The notes under the pieces: generated by a model
The model's database searches: none
What the model was told of the DNA's origin: nothing
Seen by the model: the letters and a program-made list of their open reading frames with translations, nothing else
Made by a program: the position numbers and the translations under genes
Shown: piece by piece, positions 44,007 through 51,663 of the stretch
How the letters are laid out: each line of letters starts with the position of its first letter
Position numbering within the stretch: the first letter of the stretch is position 1
Assembly (NCBI GenBank): GCA_965205505.1
Contig: CBDBHB010000008.1
Location: forward strand, 256,001 to 320,000
Length of the DNA: 64,000 bases
Reading direction: 5' to 3'
Origin: Acidobacteriota bacterium
GTDB taxonomy: Bacteria > Acidobacteriota > UBA890 > WLXD01

Positions 44007-46844
44007 CTACCAGTCGAACGAACGCGTGACCTTGAGGGTGAGCGAGCGGTCGTGGCGTCCGAAGCGGAGCCCATCGTAGGCGCCCGCCTGACGGTAGACG
44101 AGATAGATATCGTCGCCGATACGGTAGATGTAGCGCAGCCGGGCGAACACCGAGAGCCCGTTTGAAACGTTGCCGTACTGCACCAGCCCGTCGGTGAGCC
44201 AGCGATCCGAAAAGCTGTAGCTGGCACGCGCGTTGAGCACGTTGCTCGTGAAGCTGCCACCCGGCAGGTCGATCTTGTTGTAGCTGAAGGTGGGGGCGAT
44301 GAGCAGCCTCTCGCTGAGGCGAAACGTCAGCCCGGGCGACACCGTGACAATCGTACCGTCGTAGAACTCCCCGATATTTGCGTCGCCGCTCACGCTGATC
44401 CAGCGACCGCCAAAGGTGAAATAGAAAAGGTACAGGGTGTCGAATGTGTACTCGCCCGGCGCAATCGTCACGTCGGGGTGGATCTGGAAGGGAAAGTCGA
44501 GCCGCTCGAACGTGTTCGAGTAATAGGCGCCTATGCCGTCCCCCGACTCGGTGTTGAGGAAGCCGCCGTACCACGACTCGCGGCTGACGAGGTCGCCCCT
44601 GGTGTCGTGGAAGGTCGTGTAGTTGATATCGAAGTTCACCGACCGCAGCCAGGAGATATCGGGCCGTGGATTCCACGCGCCGCGGAAGGCTCGCTGCACG
44701 ACGTCGTCGCGCAGGACGAAGCCCAGATCGCTGCGGAAGTCGGGGTCGACGCGGATGACGTCGAAGCTGGCGCGCCACAGATCGCTCTGCCAGCCGACGC
44801 CGAACTGACCGGCGAACTTACCTTCCTCGACATCGTCGTCGCTAGCCCGGGCGCCGAAAGCGGAGATGTTGAGGTTGTCGAAGAAGGTAAAGCTGGCGTC
44901 GGCGCCGACAACCGTGTTGGTGGCCCCGTCCGGACCTTCGACGTTGGTTACCAGCGCACCCACGCTCGACCGGGCCAGCACGTCCTGACGCCAGCGCAAT
45001 GCCGTGAACCCCTGTCCGGTGCCAAACCCGGAGTCGTCCGTACGGACGTGGAGGAAGCCAACGCTGCCGCCGCCGATCTTGCCGGTCATCTTAGTGCCGA
45101 AGTCGATCGGGATCGGGACGCCCGAGGGCGACAGCCCGATGTTGCGCGAGTGGAAAAGCCGCAGCAACGGCGCGCCGAAGCCACCTCCACCGCTCGGCCC
45201 GAAACTGAAGTTGTTGGCGCCCTCGAGGAAGAAGTCGCGCTTCTCCGGGAAGAATAGTGAGAACCGCGTCAGGTTGACGCGCTGGTCGTCAAGCTCGACC
45301 TCGGCGAAATCGGTGTTGTAGGTCAGGTCAGCGGTCAAGTTCGAGGTGAGCTGAATCTTGAGATCGTCGATGCCGAACTGCTCGTCGACGTCGTTCGTAC
45401 GGCCGGGATCCTCGAAGAGCGAGGTAGCTGTGCCAAGGAAGTACGGCCGCAGCCGGAACCGCTGGGTCACCGAGAGATTCTGGAAGCCGCGCAGGTCGCC
45501 GGCCTGCGACACGGCGATGAAACGGAAGTCGCGCCGGTAATTGCTCCAGGCAACCTGCTCGTTCTTGCGGCGGATCTGGCGCTCGAAATCGACGCCCCAA
45601 TCGGCCAGGCCGGTGGAGAAGCGCAAGATCCTGAGAGGAATCACCAGCTCCGCCTCCCAGCCGCGTGAGGTGACTTGCGCGGCCGCCTCCCAAGCCTCGT
45701 CCCATTCGGAGTTGATCTGACTTTCGTTGCGGATGGTGGCGTCATAGCGAGCACCCAGCGGATTGACCGTGAACAGGAAGGCGCTGCGTCCGTCGTGGAA
45801 GGTATCCAGCACGACGCTGAACGTGTCATCCGAGCCGCCGCCACCTCCACCGCCGCCGAAAAACCCTCCGCCGCCGCCAAGCGCGTCGCGTCGCAGCTCA
45901 CTGGCAAGAATACCGCTCGGGTTCGTGTCGTAGGCGATCAGCCCGACGTAAAGGTTCTGGTCGTCGTACAGAATGCGCACCTCGGTGCGCTCGGACGCCG
46001 GCTGTCCTTCCCGCGGCTCGCGTTGCAGGAAGTCGGTGGCGACGTCGGCCAGGGCCCAACTGGCGTCGTCGACGATGCCGTCCATCACCGGAGCCTCAAC
46101 GGTACGTGTCACGGTCAGGTCGGGCGCCACACCGGGTGCTCGCGCCGATCGGGGTCGCGCCACTCCGAACGCCATCTCAGGAGCGCTGGGTGTGGGAATG
46201 CCGGTGTCTCCCGGGGCAGTCGAAAGCCTGGGAACGACGGCCGCCAAACTCCTTGGTCCCGTCGGGCGCCTGATGGAGTCGCTGGGAATGCTCGGCTGTA
46301 CTAGGAGGTACCCGGGACGGGGCGGCCCGACCGGCGGGTCGCTCGCAACGAACGGAGCTGGTGCCAGCGGCGGCACACGACCGGGATCCATGACCGGAGC
46401 ACCGGCGACCCGAACCGGAGTGTTCAGCGCATTCGTCACCACCATACGAACCGGGATGTATCTCCTCGGTGCCCGCGCAACCACGCTCAGAGGCGCTCGA
46501 CGGCCGCCGCCAGCCCCGGTCCCGGTCGGCCGCACCCTCGACGAACTGGCACGCGTGCTCGGTGCCACCATGCGGACCGGAATCGCACGCCGCCCGGCCA
46601 CCCGCTGCGTCGCGGGGGCCTCGGTCTTGGCCGAGTCGTCCGTGGCCAGCTCAAGCTTGGCGGATTCTGGCCTGGCCCGTTTTGGCCGCCCGGGTTCCCC
46701 CTTGGCAGATGCAGCTCGGGCGGACTGAGCCTGGCGCTTGCCTCCTCCGGAACCAGAGCCAGACGGGGTCGAAGCCTGCAGACGCGGACCCGCTCCGACC
46801 ACCAGCGCAATGCAGACGACAAGAACGAGTCTGGGCTTGTGCAC
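44007..46844 (-). CDS. DUF5916-like outer-membrane protein with a carbohydrate-binding family 9-like domain and a long low-complexity N-terminal extension
   Basis: APVMDGIVDD..W, TEVRILYD, WEAELVIP, NTDFAEVE, NLTRFSLFFPEKRDFFLEG and a C-terminal aromatic residue (SFDW). Start uncertain. Confidence 0.82.
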   Translation of the reverse strand: MHKPRLVLVVCIALVVGAGPRLQASTPSGSGSGGGKRQAQSARAASAKGEPGRPKRARPESAKLELATDDSAKTEAPATQRVAGRRAIPVRMVAPSTRASSSRVRPTGTGAGGGRRAPLSVVARAPRRYIPVRMVVTNALNTPVRVAGAPVMDPGRVPPLAPAPFVASDPPVGPPRPGYLLVQPSIPSDSIRRPTGPRSLAAVVPRLSTAPGDTGIPTPSAPEMAFGVARPRSARAPGVAPDLTVTRTVEAPVMDGIVDDASWALADVATDFLQREPREGQPASERTEVRILYDDQNLYVGLIAYDTNPSGILASELRRDALGGGGGFFGGGGGGGGSDDTFSVVLDTFHDGRSAFLFTVNPLGARYDATIRNESQINSEWDEAWEAAAQVTSRGWEAELVIPLRILRFSTGLADWGVDFERQIRRKNEQVAWSNYRRDFRFIAVSQAGDLRGFQNLSVTQRFRLRPYFLGTATSLFEDPGRTNDVDEQFGIDDLKIQLTSNLTADLTYNTDFAEVELDDQRVNLTRFSLFFPEKRDFFLEGANNFSFGPSGGGGFGAPLLRLFHSRNIGLSPSGVPIPIDFGTKMTGKIGGGSVGFLHVRTDDSGFGTGQGFTALRWRQDVLARSSVGALVTNVEGPDGATNTVVGADASFTFFDNLNISAFGARASDDDVEEGKFAGQFGVGWQSDLWRASFDVIRVDPDFRSDLGFVLRDDVVQRAFRGAWNPRPDISWLRSVNFDINYTTFHDTRGDLVSRESWYGGFLNTESGDGIGAYYSNTFERLDFPFQIHPDVTIAPGEYTFDTLYLFYFTFGGRWISVSGDANIGEFYDGTIVTVSPGLTFRLSERLLIAPTFSYNKIDLPGGSFTSNVLNARASYSFSDRWLTDGLVQYGNVSNGLSVFARLRYIYRIGDDIYLVYRQAGAYDGLRFGRHDRSLTLKVTRSFDW

Positions 46845-47102
46845 GACGAGAGATTTCCGGGACCGTGTGGCGGCGACGAGGCTCTGCGTCACTACACTAC
46901 ATCGCGGGTGTGAGGGCACACACGACCTCATCTCGAGCGAAGAGCGAGCGGACGGCCAGATGCGGCCCCACTTGACCGCTGGGCTGCGGAGGCGGAATGT
47001 GCGAAGGGTCCGTAGTGTCCTCCGTCGTGCTTTCCGTCGGGTATGGTGAAGGCGGTCACTGGCTGCGTCGCGGTGGCACTCTGGTCGCTGCGACCAGGCA
47101 CC

Positions 47103-47451
47103 ACTTACCCGGAGACGAAGGACCCTGACTTTTATCTCGAGCGAGGCATCGACGTCGATCGGAAGCTCCACGAGCTACTGGTGAGGAACGGGCTCGACAA
47201 TCCTGAGCGACGAGGGGCTCGACCATGTGGCCGGGTACGCTCAGGGCGTCAGCCTGTTCCTTACCTTCGTTCTCGGCGATCCGACGCTCGTCGATAGGGC
47301 TCACGACCGGGGCCTCGCCGTTCACGCCTGGCAGGCATTCGAGGCGTTTCCACCGAGCGATTTCATTGATGAAGCGGCCTACATTCGGCACCTTCTGAAC
47401 GACATCGGGCTCGACGCCCTCTTCGTTCACGATCCCGGACTCTGTCCATGA
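47103..47451 (+). pseudogene. Glycerophosphodiester phosphodiesterase (GlpQ-like) remnant
   Basis: YPETKDP in one frame; LVDRAHDRGLAVHAW and IGLDALF in another. The N-terminus and middle are missing. Confidence 0.6.
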
Positions 47452-47551
47452 GCCTCGAGGGTACCGGAGAGGCGACCGCCTGAAACGCCGCTTGCATGGC
47501 CTTCCAACGGGAGCAGTACTCGTTTTTGTTCACCCGTTTTGGGAGGTAAGA

Positions 47552-47875
47552 ATGGGCCAAGCTTCTTGGGAGCGCGGGATCCGAGAATCCAAGCGCCGTG
47601 CTGCTAGCTGTTTTCTCGTACTTCTACTGAGCCTCGTGGTTCTGTCTGTACCCGCGACGTCCTCGCTGGCGGGCACAGAATTGGCGCCGACGATGATTGC
47701 CAACGAGCAAAGCAGCTTGTTCTGGGTCGGGCTCGCTTACCTGACGGAGGACCGACGGGCGAGCGCCATGGTGGGCGTCGTGGGTGCGGTCCAGACGTCG
47801 ATCAACTCGGCGATCATCGGAGCCGTCTTCGGCGGCCCGGCGGGTTTCGCCGCGGGCGTGGGTTACGGGCTCTAG
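47552..47875 (+). CDS. Putative circular bacteriocin precursor (107 aa)
   Basis: GGGAGGT RBS; signal-peptide-like N-terminus; Gly/Ala-rich hydrophobic C-terminal half ending GGPAGFAAGVGYGL; directly upstream of SpoIIM-Yip1-ABC genes. Confidence 0.72.
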   Translation: MGQASWERGIRESKRRAASCFLVLLLSLVVLSVPATSSLAGTELAPTMIANEQSSLFWVGLAYLTEDRRASAMVGVVGAVQTSINSAIIGAVFGGPAGFAAGVGYGL

Positions 47876-47904
47876 CAGGCCGTGGTGAAAGTGTGGTGGG
47901 TCTG
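47872..47904 (+). repeat. Solo copy of the MITE terminal repeat on the precursor stop codon
   Basis: CTAG + CAGGCCGTGGTGAAAGTGTGGTGGGTCTG, identical to 51380-51412. Confidence 0.9.
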
Positions 47905-47963
47905 TAACAGATCCGACTCAGGGGCGGAGCTCATCACCTGTGAGCCCGCCCCGAGGAGATTCC

Positions 47964-48560
47964 ATGGGGTGGCGTGGAACTCTAACTACAACAGCGAGAT
48001 CGTTGACCATGCCTGCAGTGACTGCGGCGCTACTCTGGGGAGCGTCAGCGACCGTCGGGGCAGGTCTCCTCATTGACTCGATCCCGATGGCTCAGAGCTC
48101 CGATTCAGCCACCGTGCTCGGCTTAGAGCGAGCCACCGTGTCGTTCCGGGTGATCCTGAAGCGCAACTTGTGGGTCTTCGGGATCAATATCGCAGGTGTG
48201 GCCAGTTTGGGAATCAGCACCCTTGGCTCTGTCGTTGCGAACGGGCTTCAAACAGGCATGGCGCTTGCCCAGGCGCACCGAGAAAATGTCGGCCTTCGGT
48301 CACTCGTCGCAGTGACTCTTCCCCATAGCCTCGAGCTTGTCGCGCTGTGGCTTTCAGCAGCTGTCGGGTTCCTCGGCCCTCGCCTGACGATGTCGTTTGT
48401 GAACAACAGCGAGCTGCCAACCTCACCCACGCCACAAACTCTTGCCCTGGTCGTGCTCGCACTGGCGGGGCTGATAGTCACGGCGGCCGCCTTGGAGGTA
48501 GGCGTGTCGTTGCCCGTAGCGGAGCTTCTTCGAAGCGCGGCGTCCGGGATCGGCTGGTGA
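47964..48560 (+). CDS. Stage II sporulation protein M / DUF95 membrane protein
   Basis: ILKRNLWV, VVANGLQTG and TLPHSLELVALWLSAAVG (PHxxxE-type SpoIIM motif); GAGGAG RBS. Confidence 0.82.
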   Translation: MGWRGTLTTTARSLTMPAVTAALLWGASATVGAGLLIDSIPMAQSSDSATVLGLERATVSFRVILKRNLWVFGINIAGVASLGISTLGSVVANGLQTGMALAQAHRENVGLRSLVAVTLPHSLELVALWLSAAVGFLGPRLTMSFVNNSELPTSPTPQTLALVVLALAGLIVTAAALEVGVSLPVAELLRSAASGIGW

Positions 48561-49114
48561 CTTTCGACGACGGGACCGACAGATTGCTATCCACACTCCT
48601 CGTTGTTGGCACAGCGCTCGTACAAGGTCAGATCTCAGCGACCGTCGCCAGCAGTGTCACCACTGTCGTGATTCCGGCCTGGGCGGCGCTCTTCGCGGGC
48701 TTCAACGGACTGATGACATGCGCTCTGGCGATCGTTTTCTGGCTACTCATAACCACCATCGCTCACATCATCTGCCTGGTCATGGATGGCCGCGGCGCTT
48801 ACGGTCGTTTCGTAGTATGCGCTGGCTACGGTTATCTCCCCTACTTCCTGACGACACTGATCACACTCGTGGCGGTGATCGACATCTCACCTCAGATCTC
48901 TGCGGCCCTAGAGTCGGGTGAGATGATCGGGGCTCCGTTACGCGCGCGGCTACGTTGGTACGGAGCACTCAACAACGCGGCGCAGGTGCTGTTGTTCGGC
49001 TGGGTGATAGCCGCGGCGCGGCGCGTCCACGGCGTCACGATGATTACGGGCGTGGTGAGCGTGCTGGTACCTGTCGGGGCTGTCCTTCTGGCCCGTGGCG
49101 TGCTCATCGCATGA
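48557..49114 (+). CDS. Yip1-domain membrane protein
   Basis: AHIICLVMDGRGAYGRFVVCAGYGYLPYFL matches the Yip1 pattern; GTGA coupling to the SpoIIM gene. Confidence 0.75.
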   Translation: MTFDDGTDRLLSTLLVVGTALVQGQISATVASSVTTVVIPAWAALFAGFNGLMTCALAIVFWLLITTIAHIICLVMDGRGAYGRFVVCAGYGYLPYFLTTLITLVAVIDISPQISAALESGEMIGAPLRARLRWYGALNNAAQVLLFGWVIAAARRVHGVTMITGVVSVLVPVGAVLLARGVLIA

Positions 49115-49824
49115 GCGTCATCGCTCGGGCAGACACGACGCTTCGCTGTACGGACCTATCTCGGACCTATTGCAGGCGAGAGGTACTGCGCATCGACGAT
49201 CTGGTTATCAAGCCTGGCGAACGGGTCGCCGTCGTTGGTCCGAACGGCGCCGGGAAGACCACCTGGCTGCGGATACTCCTCGATCTGGTCCGACCAACCA
49301 GCGGAACAACCACCTTTGGTCTTCTCTCGCCGGAGCAGGCACGGCGCCAAGGCCTGGTAAGCGGGTACCTGGGCGAGGATTTTCTGATCCCCTATCTGAC
49401 GGCGGAGGAGTACCTGGCGTTCGTCGGCCGGTCCTTCGGATTGAGGACGGATGAGATTTCCACCGCCAGACAAGAGCTCGACGACCTCATCGGCTTCGTC
49501 GGGTCGACGAAGCTGATCCGCCAGCTCTCCACCGGTATGGGCCAGAAAATCGGCATCGCTGGTGCGCTGTTGGCTAACTCGCCGATCCTGATACTCGACG
49601 AGCCGTTTGCCAACCTTGATCCGCCATCTTGCTTGTCACTCATACGCCAGCTCAAGACACGCCACGCATCAGCGCACGCCACGCACATCGTGTCGAGCCA
49701 CAACCTCGAGTACGTTGCCGACATCGCAGACCGCGTCCTCCTGTTGGAGGAAGGTCGCATTACCTGGGACGAGACCGAGCACACCCAAGCCAGCTTGCGC
49801 CGGCACTTCATCCGGAACGCCTAG
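49111..49824 (+). CDS. ABC transporter ATP-binding protein
   Basis: GPNGAGKTT, LSTGMGQK, ILDEPFANLD and SSH; ATGA coupling. Confidence 0.95.
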   Translation: MSVIARADTTLRCTDLSRTYCRREVLRIDDLVIKPGERVAVVGPNGAGKTTWLRILLDLVRPTSGTTTFGLLSPEQARRQGLVSGYLGEDFLIPYLTAEEYLAFVGRSFGLRTDEISTARQELDDLIGFVGSTKLIRQLSTGMGQKIGIAGALLANSPILILDEPFANLDPPSCLSLIRQLKTRHASAHATHIVSSHNLEYVADIADRVLLLEEGRITWDETEHTQASLRRHFIRNA

Positions 49825-49860
49825 CAGGCCGTGGTGAAAGGGTGGTGGGTCTGGCGACAG
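49821..49860 (+). repeat. Solo copy of the MITE terminal repeat on the ABC ATPase stop codon
   Basis: CTAG + CAGGCCGTGGTGAAAGGGTGGTGGGTCTGGCGACAG; one mismatch to the reverse complement of 51619-51654. Confidence 0.9.
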
Positions 49861-49878
49861 CGTCTTGCGAGGCGATGG

Positions 49879-51357
49879 TTGATCGAATCGCTCCTGCGGC
49901 ACGAGGCTACTCGTATTCGCCGAGGCGTCGGTTTCAACGCAATACGCCTCGTCATCCGGATCGGCCTGGCCGCGCTGCTGCTTCCACTCGTCGGGATGTG
50001 CTTCGCACTGGGGCTGGTGTGGGTTAAGGCGACATCTGAGCTTGGAATCGACGGAATCGCGTTTCTTTCCAAGTACGCCCTACCGTTCTTGACGATCTTG
50101 ACAACCGTTCGTGTGGCCTTCGACCGCGGCGTCGCACTCAACCCGCTTCCATATGTGGCATTGGCCCATTCGCGCCGCAGTTTGACGGGATTCGTGATCG
50201 TCCGATCACTGTTCAACAGGTACGCGTTGATTGTCTGTCTGTTCGCCGGCGGTTTGCTGATTGCGCCCCAGCTGGCAACGGGGAGCAGTCGGCAGGTGCC
50301 ACCGAGCTGGTTCATTGCGCTGGCCACAATCTGGATCGTTGGCGATCTCGCTGTGCACACACTGAGAACATGGCTCTTTCGGAGGTCCGTCGGCTACGTG
50401 ATTCTTACGGGGCTGGGTCTCGCGGCGGCATCGCTGGGCTGGCTATCGAATCTCTCGAGCGCCTACTTTGCCTGGGCAGAGACATCTCCAACGGCGGCAA
50501 TCTCAACGGGGCTCGCGGCCCTGGGCGCAGCTGTTTGGGCGGCGTACCTGAGCCTTGCAGAGTCGACCTATCTGGATACCGTAGCCATGACCGACGGTCG
50601 GCGGCCGTGGCCCTTCGCGGTTCATTTGTTGAGATCGGCCAACCCCGCAACTCGCTCCGCAGCGCTCTTGCTCTGCCTGCTTGCCCGGGTTCCCAAGGCC
50701 CGGACCACCATACTGGGCGGCGCCGTGATGACCGGAGCCGCTGTCTTCATCTATTGGCTCAACCCCGGCTACGGCGACAACAAGCTCATCGGCATGGGCG
50801 TCCTCGCAGGGTTCTACAGCAGCGGCAGCTTGGCCTTTTTCGTCGGGCAGCTGGGATTGAGCTGGCAGAGCAGCTTCTATGACCTTCTGGCGTACGCCGA
50901 GCGCGACGAGCGCGACGTCATCCGCGGGCAAATCGTGAGCCTTCGATCACTCGTGCTCATGCAGTACGCGCTCGCAGCGCTCCTGTTCACCGCAATCATC
51001 GACGGTGGACTCTTCGTCGTGACCAGCTTCGCGATCTTCAATATTGGCTGTGTGCCCCCGGTTTGTGTGTGGATCTCCCTCAGCAACTCTCGGCGAATCG
51101 ACCCCTACGAATCTTCTTTCTTCTCCCAGGAAGGAAGCTCCAGCGCCGTTGAATCGTCGCTGGGGACCGCTGTTCTCGTAGCGATTCCGCTTCTGCTGAG
51201 CTTCGCGGCGATCTCTTCGGAGATCGGGGGCCTCGTTGCCATCGCCGCCGCAGGCGCCGCCGGTATCGCCATAGGCCCCGCGATTGAACGGCGCCTCGCA
51301 TCGCTCTACAGGTCGCGGCGACACGTCCTCGCCCACCAGCTGAGACAGCGTTCCTGA
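49879..51357 (+). CDS. Large multi-pass membrane protein / ABC permease (resembles DUF5687 proteins)
   Basis: Many TM segments; PYVAL..SR..L..F...RSLF, GQLGLSWQSSFYD and FNIG...N.RRID. Start is TTG 49879, or GTG 49831 inside the repeat. Confidence 0.72.
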   Translation: MIESLLRHEATRIRRGVGFNAIRLVIRIGLAALLLPLVGMCFALGLVWVKATSELGIDGIAFLSKYALPFLTILTTVRVAFDRGVALNPLPYVALAHSRRSLTGFVIVRSLFNRYALIVCLFAGGLLIAPQLATGSSRQVPPSWFIALATIWIVGDLAVHTLRTWLFRRSVGYVILTGLGLAAASLGWLSNLSSAYFAWAETSPTAAISTGLAALGAAVWAAYLSLAESTYLDTVAMTDGRRPWPFAVHLLRSANPATRSAALLLCLLARVPKARTTILGGAVMTGAAVFIYWLNPGYGDNKLIGMGVLAGFYSSGSLAFFVGQLGLSWQSSFYDLLAYAERDERDVIRGQIVSLRSLVLMQYALAALLFTAIIDGGLFVVTSFAIFNIGCVPPVCVWISLSNSRRIDPYESSFFSQEGSSSAVESSLGTAVLVAIPLLLSFAAISSEIGGLVAIAAAGAAGIAIGPAIERRLASLYRSRRHVLAHQLRQRS

Positions 51358-51383
51358 GACGGGCGCTCGCCCGACCCCCCTAG

Positions 51384-51654
51384 CAGGCCGTGGTGAAAGT
51401 GTGGTGGGTCTGGTTACGGCGAGTTGGGGCCAGGTGCAAGGCGGCCTGACACAGGCGATGCCCTAGCCATCGTCGAGGAAGGCCAACGCCGCAAATGGCC
51501 CCAAATCGCCGTAACCCTTCGGGCAACAGGGGGTTGCGCGCGTATGCTGCGTCGTTCCTCGTCAACGATGGGGTTACCATCGTCTCCTCCTCTCTCCTTG
51601 CCTCCACTTCGCAAGTCCCTGTCGCCAGACCCACCACACTTTCACCACGGCCTG
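51384..51654. mobile_element. MITE-like non-autonomous element, 271 bp, with 30-bp perfect terminal inverted repeats and CTAG flanks
   Basis: 51384-51413 CAGGCCGTGGTGAAAGTGTGGTGGGTCTGG is the exact reverse complement of 51625-51654; CTAG at 51380-51383 and 51655-51658; no transposase inside. Confidence 0.88.
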
Positions 51655-51663
51655 CTAGTGTCC

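Noticed and set aside
47872-51658. The 30-36 bp repeats as a CRISPR array
   Set aside because: Copies are 1.5-2 kb apart, one is inverted, and there are no spacers or cas genes; they fit transposon-type terminal repeats.
47872-51658. The repeats as integron attC sites
   Set aside because: No RYYYAAC...GTTRRRY box structure or internal palindrome, and no integrase in the window.
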